Below are positions 10,193 to 21,397 of a DNA stretch of 64,000 bases, piece after piece. Source of the DNA: Acidobacteriota bacterium. Lineage in GTDB: Bacteria > Acidobacteriota > UBA890 > WLXD01. The stretch spans positions 3,104,001-3,168,000 of the forward strand of contig CBDFKD010000002.1 in the NCBI GenBank assembly GCA_965248695.1. The letters are read 5' to 3'. A program made the translations under genes and the position numbers. Below the pieces are notes generated by a model. It worked only from the letters and a program-made list of their open reading frames with translations, was not told where the DNA came from and ran no database searches. How positions within the stretch are numbered: position 1 is the stretch's first letter; each line of letters begins with the position of its first letter.

Positions 10193-10275
10193 ACGACCGA
10201 TTATCCGACGGCGTCCCGCTGGCGTGGGGCCGTCGGGGTCAGGTAACCCGCCTAATTGTCGCTGAGTGAGGTTCG

Positions 10276-10665
10276 ATGCAGGGAATCCGAGTCCGTGTCG
10301 TCGCCGCCTGGGCGGTGGCTATTTTGCTGGCGATCTATTTCGTGCAGGCGGGTGCCGGGAAGCTCAACCCATCGCCGGCGCTGGTCGAACGATTCGAGTC
10401 CTGGGGATACAGCGGCGGCTTCGCACGGATCGTCGGCATGCTCGAGATCACCGGAGCGGTGCTGGGGCTGGTCCCGTCGCTCGCCGCCTACGGAGCGCTG
10501 CTGATCTCGACAGTGATGATCGGTGCCATCTACACGCACCTGTCCACCGGTATCGGCGGCCCCGCTACGGCAGCACAGATGCTGGTGCTCGCGGGGGCGC
10601 TGATCGCGCTGCGGGCACGCGACGCACGTCCGCTGGGCAAGGCGCGCCGTATCGACGTTGCCTGA
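10276..10665 (+). CDS. DoxX family membrane protein
   Basis: AGAGKL...FESWGY...VGMLEITGAVLGLVP...MIGAIYTHL. Confidence 0.85.
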   Translation: MQGIRVRVVAAWAVAILLAIYFVQAGAGKLNPSPALVERFESWGYSGGFARIVGMLEITGAVLGLVPSLAAYGALLISTVMIGAIYTHLSTGIGGPATAAQMLVLAGALIALRARDARPLGKARRIDVA

Positions 10666-10746
10666 GGCGGCCGCCGGTCACGCGCGCCTACCTGGGGTTT
10701 CGACCGCCCAGGGCCAGCACGACGTCATCGGCTCACCGCAGCGCAC

Positions 10747-11535
10747 CTACAAGAGGCTGCGGATCCAGCCGCCGTCGACGGCGATCGACGCCCCGGTGAT
10801 GTAGCTCGCACGATCCGACGCCAGGAAGGTGACCATGGCGGCGAACTCGCGCGGCTCCGCAAGCCTCCCCATAGGTATCGCCGCCTCCCAGCCCGTGACG
10901 ATGTCGTCGCGGCTACCGCCGGTGGCCTCCGCCTGACTCCGGGCCAGGTCCTCGACGCGATCCGTCCAGGTGAACCCCGGCATGACGTTGTTCACTGTCA
11001 CTCCCGAAGCGGCCACCTCATTGGCGAGCGTGCGCGCGAAGCCGGTGACCGCGGCGCGCAAGGAGTTGGACAGAATGAGCCCGTCGACCGGCTGCTTCAC
11101 GGCGATGGAGGTGATGTTGATGATGCGCCCCCAGCCGGCCGACTTCATACCCGGCAACACCGAGCGGCTGAAGTTCAAGACGCTGTCGAGCGTACCCTCA
11201 ACCGCCTCGCTCCAGACCTGCCGCGAGTGCGCCTCGAACGGCCCGGCCGGAGGACCACCGGAGTTGGTCACCAGCACGTCGACGCACCCATAGGCGTCGT
11301 TCGCTGCCGCCACGACCGCATCCACATCCGTGGCGCGACTGACATCGGCCGGTATCGCCGTCACATCGGCACCGCTGGCGACCAGCGAGGTGCAGATTTC
11401 CTGCAGAGTCTCCTCGCCACGGGCGCAGATGACCAGCTTGCAACCCTCAGCGGCAAGCTCCTCGGCGACGGCGCGACCCAGGCCGCGGCTCGCGGCGGCG
11501 ACCAGCGCGACCTTGCCCTGCAGGCCGAGATCCAC
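10747..11535 (-). CDS. Short-chain dehydrogenase/reductase (FabG-like)
   Basis: VALVAAASRGLG, LVTNSGGP, SNSLR active-site variant, ASYITGASIAVDGG. Confidence 0.92.
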   Translation of the reverse strand: MDLGLQGKVALVAAASRGLGRAVAEELAAEGCKLVICARGEETLQEICTSLVASGADVTAIPADVSRATDVDAVVAAANDAYGCVDVLVTNSGGPPAGPFEAHSRQVWSEAVEGTLDSVLNFSRSVLPGMKSAGWGRIINITSIAVKQPVDGLILSNSLRAAVTGFARTLANEVAASGVTVNNVMPGFTWTDRVEDLARSQAEATGGSRDDIVTGWEAAIPMGRLAEPREFAAMVTFLASDRASYITGASIAVDGGWIRSLL

Positions 11536-11538
11536 GCC

Positions 11539-11910
11539 TCAGCCCTCCTGGAAGTAGGTATCGGTGCCGTCGAGCCAGTCCTGCCGTGGCGGTGAGAACA
11601 CGTCGACGTCGAGGGTGTCCTCCAACGCCTCCGCCTTGTGGGGAACGTTGGAGGGCAACGTGAGCACCTCGCCCGCATGCACATCGATGGGCTCGGCGTC
11701 CTCGCTCCCGACCCAGAACCGCAACACGCCTTCGAGCACGTAGGTCAGTTGCTCGTTGTCGTGCGAGTGCATCGGCACGATGCCGCCCTTCTTCAAGTAC
11801 ACGTGTGCCAGCATCATGCGATCGCAGGTGATCAGCCGACGATCGATCGTGTCGGTGACGCGCTCCTTCGGCATGTCTTCCCAGCGGAACTTCGATACCT
11901 CGTTCGCCAT
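11539..11910 (-). CDS. Cupin domain protein
   Basis: VPMHSHDNEQLTY, PSNVPH, DVFSPPRQDWL. Confidence 0.9.
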   Translation of the reverse strand: MANEVSKFRWEDMPKERVTDTIDRRLITCDRMMLAHVYLKKGGIVPMHSHDNEQLTYVLEGVLRFWVGSEDAEPIDVHAGEVLTLPSNVPHKAEALEDTLDVDVFSPPRQDWLDGTDTYFQEG

Positions 11911-11931
11911 CAGCTCACTCCCTGTACGAGA

Positions 11932-14319
11932 TCATTCGGCCAGGTGCTCGCGCAGCAGTCGCTGCACCGTTCCGCCGTCGGCACCAGCGCCCACTTCGGT
12001 CATCACCTGGCCCATGAAAAAGCCCATCAACGCCACCCGGCCGGCGCGATACTCGTCGGCCTTCTCGGGGTTGTCGGCAACCACACGTTCGACGATCTCG
12101 GCAAGCGCCGACTCGTCGACCCCTGCATCCAGGCCGCGATCGCGGACGATCGTGCGCGGCTCACCGCCCTCGGCGACCAGCACCTCGAACACCAGGCGCC
12201 CGACGCCCGCGGTGATCTCCCCTGCTTCGACCATCGCTACCAGCGCGCCGAGGGTGCCGCCATCGAAACGCAGGGCATCGAGACCACATTCCTTGCTGGT
12301 CGGAAGCACCTCGTTGACGATCCACTTCGCCGTCGCTCGGGCTTCGGCCGGCGCCGCCATGGCGGCCTCGAAGAAGGCGGCCACCGCGTGGTCGCCGCTG
12401 AGCACGTCCGCATCCGCCTCGGCCAGTCCGATCTCACCGACGTAACGCTCATGGCGCGCCGCCAGATCGGCATCGGAGGCGCGCGCCGCCGCGCGGGCCT
12501 CCGCAGGCGTGCGCTTGCGACGCTTGCGAACGTCGACAGCAGCGGCTGCACCGGAGGAGCCGCCAGCCGCCGTCGTGCCATCGCTGGCTCGGTCGGCGCC
12601 GCTGTCCGCGGTCAGTACCTTCGCCCACGAGTCGCGCAACGTGACGACGCGGTTGAAGATCGGGGCCCCCGGAGACGAGTCGGACGGGTCACTGTAGAAG
12701 TAACCGAGACGCTCGAACTGCAGATGCGCCCCCGGTTCCGTATCACCGACGCCGGGCTCTGCCAGGGCGCCGTCGAGCGACTCCAGGGAATCAGGATTCA
12801 GGTCGGCGAGCAGATCCCCGTCACGCCCCGGCTCGGCGACGGAGAACAGCCGGTCGTAGAGCCGTACGGAAACCGGAACCGCGTGCGCGGCCGAAACCCA
12901 GTGCACCGTACCGCGGATCCGTCGGCCGTCGGGTGTGGCACCACCGCGGGTCTCGTCGTCGTAGCTACAGTGCAGCTCCACCACCTCGCCAGCGTCGTTC
13001 TTTAGGACGTCATCGCAGCGGATCACATAGCCGTAGCGCAGCCGCACCTCCCGACCCGGCGCCAGACGGAAGAACTTCGGCGCCGGCACTTCCATGAAGT
13101 CTTCGCGCTCGATGTACAACTCGCCAGCGAACGGCACCGATCGCGATCCCTCCTTGGGCACGTCGTGCGGCCAGAACGGCGCGTCGATCTGCTCCACCTT
13201 GCCCGTCGGCCAGTTGGTGATCACCACCTTCAGGGGTCGCAGCACGCACATCACTCGCGGCGCCCGATGGTTCAGGTCATCGCGGATCGCGTACTCGAGC
13301 ATGGCGATGTCGACGCGACCTTCAGTTTTGGCCACACCGACCAGATCGCAGAACCTGCGGATCGCCGCCGGCGTCACACCGCGGCGCCGCAACCCGGCGA
13401 TTGTCGGCATGCGCGGATCGTCCCACCCATCGACGTGTCCGCCCTCGACCAGCTGCAGCAGCTTCCGCTTGCTGGTGATCATGTAGTCGACGTTCAGCCG
13501 CGAGAACTCGAACTGATACGGCCTCGAGGAGCCCAGCTCGAGGGAGTCGATGTACCAGTCATAAAGCTCCCGGTTGCTGACGAACTCGAGAGTGCACAGC
13601 GAATGGGTCACGCCTTCGATGGCGTCCGACTGGCCGTGGGCCCAGTCGTAGAAGGGATAGATGCACCAGTCGTCGCCGCGTCGGTAATGATGCGCGTGAC
13701 GGATCCGATACATGAGCGGGTCGCGCAACTTCATGTTCGGGTGGGCCATGTCGATACGGGCACGCAACACCTTGGCACCATCGGGGAACTCGCCGCCGCG
13801 CATGCGCGCGAACAGATCGAGGTTTTCGTCCACCGAGCGGTCACGATACGGGCTCTCACGCCCCGGCTCGGTCACCGTACCGCGATGGTCGCGGATCTCC
13901 TCCTCGCCGAGATCGTCCACGTAGGCCTTCCCCTTGCCAATGAGCTCGACGGCCCAGTCGTAGAGCCGCTCGAAGTAGTCCGAGGCGTAGTACTCATGGT
14001 CGTCCCAATCGAAGCCCAGCCAGCGGACGTCAGCCTTGATCGCCTCGACATAACGCGGGTCCTCGGTAGCCGGGTTGGTGTCGTCGAAGCGGAGGTTGCA
14101 GTGCCCGCCAAACTCGGCCGCGACGCCGAAGTCAACGCAGATCGCCTTCGCATGCCCGATGTGAAGGAAGCCGTTCGGCTCGGGTGGAAACCGGGTCACG
14201 ACGTGGTCGTATTTTCCCGCCGCCAGATCATCGCGCACGATCGTGCGGACGAAGTCGGCACCCGACTCGCGGCCGCCGTCTGCACCTGGTTTCGGATCAG
14301 CTTTGCTGTCGGCGGCCAC
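11932..14319 (-). CDS. glnS: Glutamine--tRNA ligase fused to a C-terminal GatB/YqeY domain
   Basis: [47 protein letters not shown]; C-terminal AKWIVNEV...[17 protein letters not shown] GatB-like domain. Confidence 0.95.
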   Translation of the reverse strand: MAADSKADPKPGADGGRESGADFVRTIVRDDLAAGKYDHVVTRFPPEPNGFLHIGHAKAICVDFGVAAEFGGHCNLRFDDTNPATEDPRYVEAIKADVRWLGFDWDDHEYYASDYFERLYDWAVELIGKGKAYVDDLGEEEIRDHRGTVTEPGRESPYRDRSVDENLDLFARMRGGEFPDGAKVLRARIDMAHPNMKLRDPLMYRIRHAHHYRRGDDWCIYPFYDWAHGQSDAIEGVTHSLCTLEFVSNRELYDWYIDSLELGSSRPYQFEFSRLNVDYMITSKRKLLQLVEGGHVDGWDDPRMPTIAGLRRRGVTPAAIRRFCDLVGVAKTEGRVDIAMLEYAIRDDLNHRAPRVMCVLRPLKVVITNWPTGKVEQIDAPFWPHDVPKEGSRSVPFAGELYIEREDFMEVPAPKFFRLAPGREVRLRYGYVIRCDDVLKNDAGEVVELHCSYDDETRGGATPDGRRIRGTVHWVSAAHAVPVSVRLYDRLFSVAEPGRDGDLLADLNPDSLESLDGALAEPGVGDTEPGAHLQFERLGYFYSDPSDSSPGAPIFNRVVTLRDSWAKVLTADSGADRASDGTTAAGGSSGAAAAVDVRKRRKRTPAEARAAARASDADLAARHERYVGEIGLAEADADVLSGDHAVAAFFEAAMAAPAEARATAKWIVNEVLPTSKECGLDALRFDGGTLGALVAMVEAGEITAGVGRLVFEVLVAEGGEPRTIVRDRGLDAGVDESALAEIVERVVADNPEKADEYRAGRVALMGFFMGQVMTEVGAGADGGTVQRLLREHLAE

Positions 14320-14344
14320 AGCGTCCCCCTGGTACTGGGCGCGG

Positions 14345-15658
14345 TCAGTGCGCCGAGATGCGGTACAGATGATGTCGGCCGCGCATGTACATCTCGCTGC
14401 CGACGATCGCCGGTGAACCGTCGAACCCGTCGTCTAGGCTGTTGCGCGCCAGCACCTTGAGCTCGGGCCCGTTCTCGAGCACGAGACCACCGCCGTCGCG
14501 GCCGATGAGATAGACGCGGCCCGCCGCCCCCACCGGCGACGCATAGACCTCGCGTAGCCCCTCCAAGCGTTGCGGTCCGTAGCGCCGCTCGCCGGTGCTG
14601 GCCGTGTACACCGTCAGTATCGGGTCGTTGCTCTTCAGGTAATACAGCACGTCGTCGTACAGCAACGGCGACGGCACATAGGGGGTGTCGCGATCGACTT
14701 CCCAGACAACGGCATCGCCGTCGCCGATATCGCCGCTGGCCGCGGCGAGACGCACGGCGCGCAGAGCGCTGCCTCGATACCCGGCCGTCAGGTAGACGAC
14801 TCCGTCCGCGAACACGGGAGAGGGAATCGAGTTGAGCGTCAGCCCGGCACCGTGCCAGATCAGCTCGCCAGTGGCGAAATCGTAGCTGCGCACCCGATTC
14901 GTCCCCGCGGTGATCACCTGCGTGCGGCCAGCGTGCTCCACCACCAGCGGCGTCGCCCAGGTGGTGATCTCGTCACGGTCGGTGCGCCAGATCTCCTCGC
15001 CGGTGTGCTTGTCTAGGGCGACGATGTAGGACGGTCCCTCGTGATCCCAGGTAATCACCAGCGCGTCACCGTGCAGGACGGGCGAGCTGCCCTCGCCGAA
15101 CTCACGCCGCGTGGACATGTCGCCAAGGTCCTTTTCCCACACCAAGTTTCCGTCCAGGTCGTAGCAGAAGACGCCGCGCGAACCGAAATAGGCCCACACG
15201 TGCTCGCCGTCGGTCAGCGCCGAGGCTGACGCAAACGAGTTGTTCATCTGCCGCGCCTCATGAGGCGCCTCCTGCCGCGAGGTACGCTCCCACACCACCG
15301 AGCCGTCGGCGCGATTGATCGCCAGGATGTTGAAGCTTAGCGACGTGCTCGGCGCCGCTGGCCCGCGTCGCCGGCGGCCCTCCGACGCTTCCGGGACGGA
15401 CTCCCCGACAGCAGTGAGGACGTACACGCGATCGCCCCACACCACCGGAGTGCCCGAACCCTGACCGGGAATGGCGATCTTCCAGGCGACGTTCTTCGTT
15501 TCGCTCCATTCCACTGGCGGATCACCGTCTGGTGACACCCCCGACATCATCGGGCCTCGCCACATCGGCCACTGGCTGGGGCTCTCGATTGCCGTCGATG
15601 CCAGCGGAACGACGATCGCAATCACGCAGATCAAGACGCCACCAACGCGATATCTCAA
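14345..15658 (-). CDS. PQQ-like beta-propeller repeat protein (BamB-like), exported
   Basis: [28 protein letters not shown], repeated SP.. propeller blades; start uncertain (TTG 15658). Confidence 0.85.
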   Translation of the reverse strand: MRYRVGGVLICVIAIVVPLASTAIESPSQWPMWRGPMMSGVSPDGDPPVEWSETKNVAWKIAIPGQGSGTPVVWGDRVYVLTAVGESVPEASEGRRRRGPAAPSTSLSFNILAINRADGSVVWERTSRQEAPHEARQMNNSFASASALTDGEHVWAYFGSRGVFCYDLDGNLVWEKDLGDMSTRREFGEGSSPVLHGDALVITWDHEGPSYIVALDKHTGEEIWRTDRDEITTWATPLVVEHAGRTQVITAGTNRVRSYDFATGELIWHGAGLTLNSIPSPVFADGVVYLTAGYRGSALRAVRLAAASGDIGDGDAVVWEVDRDTPYVPSPLLYDDVLYYLKSNDPILTVYTASTGERRYGPQRLEGLREVYASPVGAAGRVYLIGRDGGGLVLENGPELKVLARNSLDDGFDGSPAIVGSEMYMRGRHHLYRISAH

Positions 15659-15663
15659 CGTCT

Positions 15664-16341
15664 TTACCTCTGAGTAGTCGACGGAGTCCCGCGGGGGCGC
15701 AGGCCATCGAGCAACAGGGTGGTCAGAACCTCCGGCAGCTCGCCGCGCTGCTGGTCGACGATTGTATCGCCAAGCAGGCGTTGGAGAACCAGGCCGAGGA
15801 CCGTCGCCGTCACCACCCTGGCGGCGAGAGCCGGATCCGCGGTACGCAACCGCCCGCGGGCCGCGAGATCGGCGAGCAGAGTCTCGCCCATCTCGGTTGC
15901 CGGCTGCAGTACCTGCTCGTAGTAGGCTCGCCGATGCTCGGGATCGACCAGCAACTCCGGCCAGGTCGCTCGGAGCAGGTCCAGCCGGTCCCACAGCGTG
16001 TCGAGTCTATGTCGGAGGTAGGCGCCCAGGAAGTCGCGGAAGCCCGCCGCCGGGCGCTGGCCGAGGTCGATCTTGCCGCGCTCCGCCGCCGCCAGACGAT
16101 CGAGCAGGCCGAGCATGAGGTCGCCCTTGTCGCCGAAGTAGTTGTAGATCGTGCCGTCCGCCACCCCGGCGCGGCGCGCGATCGCTCGTACAGTGGCGCG
16201 CTGGTAGCCAACCGTGGCGATCTCCTCGGTGGCGGCATCGAGGATTCGCTCGCGGCGACGGCGGGTGCGCTCGGCGACGGCAGGCGCGGCTAGCGGCGGC
16301 GCTGCCTCTTCGGAGTGTCCTGCAAGGCCGTCTTCAGCCAT
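15664..16341 (-). CDS. TetR/AcrR family transcriptional regulator
   Basis: RRERILDAA...GYQRATVRAIARRAGVADGTIYNYFGDKGDL. Confidence 0.93.
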   Translation of the reverse strand: MAEDGLAGHSEEAAPPLAAPAVAERTRRRRERILDAATEEIATVGYQRATVRAIARRAGVADGTIYNYFGDKGDLMLGLLDRLAAAERGKIDLGQRPAAGFRDFLGAYLRHRLDTLWDRLDLLRATWPELLVDPEHRRAYYEQVLQPATEMGETLLADLAARGRLRTADPALAARVVTATVLGLVLQRLLGDTIVDQQRGELPEVLTTLLLDGLRPRGTPSTTQR

Positions 16342-16396
16342 ACCAGATCATCGTGACTTCCATGCGCTCAATTCGCGTACAAGTTCTCGTGGTTTC

Positions 16397-16410
16397 TGAA
16401 TGATCATTCA
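16397..16410. promoter_or_regulatory. Probable TetR operator in an AT-rich divergent promoter
   Basis: Perfect 14-bp palindrome TGAATGATCATTCA between tetR and pfkA. Confidence 0.65.
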
Positions 16411-16520
16411 CTCAATTATTGAACACATATTCAATTCTGACAAGGAGGAGCCACCGGTAGCAGCCGGGATGGTGCCCGGCTAAAGTCATGACAATCTGAC
16501 CAGAGAGGGGCAAAACGCCG

Positions 16521-17831
16521 TTGCGAACGCTACCGACGCCAGACCAACTCCGGATTCGACAACTTGGGGCGCCGCGACAGGCATCGCCGCTGGCCGCCAA
16601 CGGCGTGCTGACGGTAAGCGACGGTCAGGGCGTCCTGATTCCTACCGACACCGAGACGCTGGCCGGGGTCGAGGGCGCGATTCCGTCGTTCGAGGCGGCC
16701 GGGCCGCGTGCCGAGCTCTTTTTTGACCCTCCGAGCGCGAGCATCGGCATCGTCACGTGCGGCGGGTTGTGCCCCGGCATCAACGACGTCATCCGCGCCA
16801 TCGTGCTCACCGCATGGCATGAGTACGGCGTGCGCCGCGTCCTCGGCTTCCGCTACGGCTTTGCCGGACTTGCCGCATCGTCGGCGCTGGAGCCGGTGGC
16901 GCTCGATCCCGACGTAGTACACGAGATCCACAGCCTCGGCGGAACGATCCTCGGCTCGAGCCGAGGACCGCAGGAGGTCTCCGAGATGGTCGACGAGCTG
17001 CAGCGACGGCGTGTCGACATCCTGTTTGCGATTGGTGGCGACGGCACGCTGAGCGGCGCTTCGGAGCTCGCCGCCGAGATTAGCCGGCGGACGGTCCCGA
17101 TCGCGGTCGTCGGCATCCCGAAGACGATCGACAACGACATTCTCTGGCTCGAACGCAGCTTCGGCTTCGCTACTGCCGTCAACGAGGCGGCGCGATCGAT
17201 CGTCGCGGCGCACACCGAGGCACACGCGGTGCGGAACGGAATCGGCCTGGTGAAGCTCATGGGACGCTATGCAGGTTTCATTGCGGCGCACGCCACCTTG
17301 GCTCACAACCAGGTCAACTTCTGCCTGGTGCCGGAGCTGCCGTTCGCGCTCGAGGGAGGAGCCGGCTTCCTGACCTTGCTCGAACGTAGACTCGGAACCA
17401 AGGGCCATGCGGTGGTGGTCGTCGCAGAGGGGGCCGGACAGGAGCACATCGACCACGGCGGTCCGACTCGCGATGCCTCCGGCAACCCGACGCTCGCCGA
17501 TATCGGCCCCTTTCTGAAGGAACGCATCCAGCGGCATCTCCGCGCCTGCGACATGGTCGCATCGGTGAAGTACATCGACCCGAGCTACCTGATCCGCAGC
17601 TTACCCGCCAACGCCTTCGACTCGGCGCTCTGCCTGACGTTGGGTCAGCACGCTGTCCACGCCGGCCTCAGCGGCCGCACCGACATGCTGGTCGGTACCT
17701 GGGCTGGCCACTACACACACGTGCCGCTACCGCTGGCGACAAGCGAGCGGCGCCAGCTCGACGTCGGCGGGGCAGTGTGGCAACGCGTGCTGGAAGCCAC
17801 CGGCCAACCCGGGGTCATGAGCGACGAATGA
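16521..17831 (+). CDS. pfkA: ATP-dependent 6-phosphofructokinase (long type)
   Basis: IVTCGGLCPGINDVIR, GGTILGSSRG, GGDGT (Gly indicates ATP type), PKTIDND, MGR, KYIDPSYLIRS. Confidence 0.92.
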   Translation: MRTLPTPDQLRIRQLGAPRQASPLAANGVLTVSDGQGVLIPTDTETLAGVEGAIPSFEAAGPRAELFFDPPSASIGIVTCGGLCPGINDVIRAIVLTAWHEYGVRRVLGFRYGFAGLAASSALEPVALDPDVVHEIHSLGGTILGSSRGPQEVSEMVDELQRRRVDILFAIGGDGTLSGASELAAEISRRTVPIAVVGIPKTIDNDILWLERSFGFATAVNEAARSIVAAHTEAHAVRNGIGLVKLMGRYAGFIAAHATLAHNQVNFCLVPELPFALEGGAGFLTLLERRLGTKGHAVVVVAEGAGQEHIDHGGPTRDASGNPTLADIGPFLKERIQRHLRACDMVASVKYIDPSYLIRSLPANAFDSALCLTLGQHAVHAGLSGRTDMLVGTWAGHYTHVPLPLATSERRQLDVGGAVWQRVLEATGQPGVMSDE

Positions 17832-17911
17832 GAGGCAACCTTTAGCGCCGCCGTGCGTCTGAAGGGAGGGAGAGAGTAGTCTGACCTAGATCGGCCGCGC
17901 CTCCGCCGCCG

Positions 17912-19603
17912 ATGATCCGATCCCATGCACGAGTCGCCGTGAATAGCACGACCATGCCCTCGAGCCCGGGGTTCGACGAGGAGATCCGTACCTATCTGCA
18001 GGAGCGCCTGCGGCTGGTGGCGGGTGCCGTCACGGTCATTACCGGAGCGCTCGCCGCAGCGTTTCTATTCACGCTGTGGCGGCAGGGCGAGGACAGCCTG
18101 CTAACCGTCCTCATCAGCTTCGTGACCACGCTGCCCAACGCAGCCTTGTTCTGGCTCGTGCTCGGAGCATCGATCATCCGGCGCGGCCTGCAGAGCCGCC
18201 GCTTGTCGGAGCGCGGTCTGGCGATGCTGGACGGCCTCCTGTTGCAGATCCTCGTGGCGCCCTGCCTGCTGCTGTTCGCGACGTCGCACCACTTCGCCTT
18301 CTCCGGCTTCGCCCTGGTGCTGCCCTTCCTGACGTTGTTCATACTAACGCGCTCGATGCTGGTACCGAGCTCCGCCGCACGCACGTTCTGGCTCTCGATT
18401 CCGGCACCCATCGGGATGCTCGCGATCCAGCTATGGCACGGGGCCTCCTATGCCTTTCCCGGTCAGGCCTACCCCCGCAGCCACTACGTCAACATGCTGA
18501 TTCAGAATCAGGTCCTGCTGATCGGTACCATCGGCGTCGCCTGCGTCGCCTCGCGCGTGAACCTCGGACTCCGGCGCCGCAGCTACGAGGCCGGCCACCT
18601 GGGGCAGTACGAGATCCACGGCAAGCTCGGCGCCGGGGCGATGGGCGAGGTCTATGGTGCGACGCATTCACTCTTGAATCGTCCGACGGCCATCAAGCTG
18701 CTGCGTCCGGAGATCGCCGGCGAGAGCTCGCTGCGACGATTCGAGCGCGAGGTCAAACAGACGAGCCGTCTCACTCACCCCAACTCGGTGGGGATCTACG
18801 ACTACGGACACACCGCCGACGGCGTGTTCTATTACGCCATGGAGCTACTCGACGGCGCCAACCTGCGTGAGATCGTCGAGACCACCGGACCGATGCCGGC
18901 CGGGCGGGTGATCCACGTGCTGTCGGCGGCCTGTGGCGCGCTGGGAGAGGCGCACGCGAAGGGAATGGTTCACCGCGACATCAAGCCCGCCAACATCATG
19001 CTGTGCAGGCAGGGGGGCGAGAACGACGTCGTGAAGATCCTCGACTTCGGCCTGGTGAAGAACCTCAGCCAACAGGCGCCGGAGCTCGACGGCATGATCA
19101 TGGGCACGCCGGAGACGATGGCCCCGGAAGCCGTGTACCCGGAGATGATGGGACCGCGCGCCGATCTCTATTCGCTGTCCGCGGTCGCCTACTACCTGCT
19201 CACCGGCACGCCGTTGTTCACCGCCACCGATGTGCGTGAGTACATCCGCCAGCATCAGACCAAGCAACCGGAGCCGCTCCGATCCCGCAACCCGGACGTC
19301 CCGGACGATCTGCAGCAAGTAGTCCTCCGGGGGCTCTCGAAGGACCCGGGGATGCGTGCCAAGAACGCCATCACCATGCGCGCCCAGTTGCTCGACTGCG
19401 AGGCCGCCGGCAGCTGGCTGGCCACCGAGGCAGACGAGTGGTGGGCCGGTTTCGAGAAACCATCCCCGATGCAGCACTCGACAAGCTCCACCGGCTCCGA
19501 GAGCATCATGGCGACGGCGCTCATCGGCGAGGCCACGGCATTGCTCATCGACAGCGCCCACCTCGATGCGGTCGATGACGGCGAGGCGGAGGCGAGCGGC
19601 TAG
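17912..19603 (+). CDS. Hanks-type Ser/Thr protein kinase with multi-TM N-terminal sensor region
   Basis: About 6 hydrophobic segments then LGAGAMGEVY, AIKLL, HRDIKPAN, DFGLVK, GTPETMAPE. Confidence 0.92.
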   Translation: MIRSHARVAVNSTTMPSSPGFDEEIRTYLQERLRLVAGAVTVITGALAAAFLFTLWRQGEDSLLTVLISFVTTLPNAALFWLVLGASIIRRGLQSRRLSERGLAMLDGLLLQILVAPCLLLFATSHHFAFSGFALVLPFLTLFILTRSMLVPSSAARTFWLSIPAPIGMLAIQLWHGASYAFPGQAYPRSHYVNMLIQNQVLLIGTIGVACVASRVNLGLRRRSYEAGHLGQYEIHGKLGAGAMGEVYGATHSLLNRPTAIKLLRPEIAGESSLRRFEREVKQTSRLTHPNSVGIYDYGHTADGVFYYAMELLDGANLREIVETTGPMPAGRVIHVLSAACGALGEAHAKGMVHRDIKPANIMLCRQGGENDVVKILDFGLVKNLSQQAPELDGMIMGTPETMAPEAVYPEMMGPRADLYSLSAVAYYLLTGTPLFTATDVREYIRQHQTKQPEPLRSRNPDVPDDLQQVVLRGLSKDPGMRAKNAITMRAQLLDCEAAGSWLATEADEWWAGFEKPSPMQHSTSSTGSESIMATALIGEATALLIDSAHLDAVDDGEAEASG

Positions 19604-19662
19604 GCACACGTCAACGCGATACGCTCTCGGAGGCTTCCATCAACCCGCCTGCGAGGTCTCCG

Positions 19663-20160
19663 ATGCGCAATCCGATCCTCTTCGCCCTGCTCACAGCCCT
19701 GTGCTGGGGGCTGTACGGTCCGACCCTGGCACAGGCGCGATCATCGCTCTCGAGCCCCTTCAAGCCGTACTTCCTGATCGGACTTGCTTACATCGTCTGG
19801 GCCATCGTCGGTGGCCTCATCGGTATGCGGTTCAACGGCGACGAGCTGTCGATCAGCAGCACCGGTGCCTTCTGGGGCTTCGCCGCCGGAACGCTCGGCG
19901 CCTGGGGCGCCTTGAACCTCACCCTCGCCATGTTCACGGGTGGCGCCGCTCTACCCCACCTGGTCATGCCGATCGTGTTCGGCGGCGCGGTGACCATCTC
20001 GGCCCTCGTCGCCCTGCCCCGGGCCGAGCACGTCAGCCCCTGGTTGTGGCTCGGCATCGCGGTGGTCGGCGCCGGCATCGTCATGGTGGCCTACAACACC
20101 CCGCACGCCACCCCGCCCACAGCGCCGGCGCCCGCGACCGGAGCAGCGCAGATCGACTGA
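19663..20160 (+). CDS. Small 5-TM membrane protein (EamA/DMT half-like)
   Basis: ALCWGLYGP, five hydrophobic segments, VMPIVFGGA. Confidence 0.65.
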   Translation: MRNPILFALLTALCWGLYGPTLAQARSSLSSPFKPYFLIGLAYIVWAIVGGLIGMRFNGDELSISSTGAFWGFAAGTLGAWGALNLTLAMFTGGAALPHLVMPIVFGGAVTISALVALPRAEHVSPWLWLGIAVVGAGIVMVAYNTPHATPPTAPAPATGAAQID

Positions 20161-20306
20161 GCTGCTCTTCACAGCCGGGAGGAGCTCCTGCACCCCGTTG
20201 ACGGCCGTCAGACGGTAAGATCGGCCGTGAGCGTTCCCTCCGACGCCGTACCGCGCGCTCACGCCGCCGAGACAGTTCCCGAACGCCCAAGAGCCGGAGT
20301 TCCGAG

Positions 20307-20765
20307 ATGAACATCAAGCGCATTGTCGCGATCGTCGTAGTCCTGGTCGGATTCGCGGGCGGATGGCTGTATGCCGGACGCACACCGTTGGTCGACGGCG
20401 TCACGGTGGAGATGTATCAGAACCCGGCGTGCGGCTGCTGCGGCAAATGGGCGGCCCACATGGAAACCGCCGGCTTCAACGTCGAGATCCACAAGACCGA
20501 TCAGCTCAACAGCATCAAGGAGCGTGAGGGGATAACGCCAGCAACCGCCGGCTGCCACACGTCGAAGATCGACGGCTACTTGGTCGAGGGCCACGTCCCG
20601 GCACGCGAGGTTGCGCGCCTGTTGAGCGAGCGCCCGGACATCAAGGGCATCACCGTGGCCGGTATGCCGATGGGCTCGCCGGGCATGGAGGGCGGACGGA
20701 CGGATCGTTATGACGTCCTGACGATCGACCACGAGGGCAACACGGCAGTCTTCGCCAGCTATTGA
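20307..20765 (+). CDS. DUF411 family metal-binding protein
   Basis: PACGCCGKW, GCHTS, YLVEGHVPA, GMPMGSPGME. Confidence 0.9.
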   Translation: MNIKRIVAIVVVLVGFAGGWLYAGRTPLVDGVTVEMYQNPACGCCGKWAAHMETAGFNVEIHKTDQLNSIKEREGITPATAGCHTSKIDGYLVEGHVPAREVARLLSERPDIKGITVAGMPMGSPGMEGGRTDRYDVLTIDHEGNTAVFASY

Positions 20766-21397
20766 TGCGGCGCCTGGCCCCGCCTGGCGGCATTCTCGCC
20801 GCCACGTTGTTGATCGGCGTCACCGGCGCCGCGGCACCGATGGGGCAGCAGGAGACACCGTACGAGCTGGAGGCGCTCTACCGCAGCGGCGTCGTGTTCG
20901 ACCAGTTCCTCGAAGCCGCCGATCAGCGCCGCGAAGCCTGGCGGGCCAACTACGCTGACGGTTCGCCGGCGGCTGAGGCCGTCGAACGCGTCCGCGCCGT
21001 CGGTGCGGCCGCCAAACTGCTTGTCGTGGCGGAAGACTGGTGTGGCGACTCGGTGCACACGATCCCCTACCTCGCACGACTGGTTGAGGCGATCGACGGG
21101 CTGGAAATGCGGATCATCGATTCGGAGGTCGGCGCCCAGCTGATGCGCCAGCGCCCGACTCCCGATGGCCGAGCCGCGACGCCCACCGTCGTCGTGCTCG
21201 ACACCGACTACGCCGAGATCGGTAGCTGGGTCGAGCGCCCCGGCGTACTACAGGACTGGTTCCTCGACAACGAGGACGAGCTCTCGCGTGCCGAGTTGTA
21301 CGATCGTAAGTACGCCTGGTACGCCGAGGATGCCGGCGACAAGACGATCGACGACATCACCGCCCTGCTCGAGCGCGCGTTCGGCACCGCTCAGTAG
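20765..21397 (+). CDS. Exported thioredoxin-fold protein (single-Cys CxxS type)
   Basis: LLVVAEDWCGDS, ATPTVVVL, GSWVERP; coupled to the DUF411 gene. Confidence 0.85.
   Translation: MRRLAPPGGILAATLLIGVTGAAAPMGQQETPYELEALYRSGVVFDQFLEAADQRREAWRANYADGSPAAEAVERVRAVGAAAKLLVVAEDWCGDSVHTIPYLARLVEAIDGLEMRIIDSEVGAQLMRQRPTPDGRAATPTVVVLDTDYAEIGSWVERPGVLQDWFLDNEDELSRAELYDRKYAWYAEDAGDKTIDDITALLERAFGTAQ

Noticed and set aside
10204-10235. Hairpin CCGACGGC...GCCGTCGG after the S9 peptidase as an intrinsic terminator
   Set aside because: No U-tract and an irregular stem; not enough support to call
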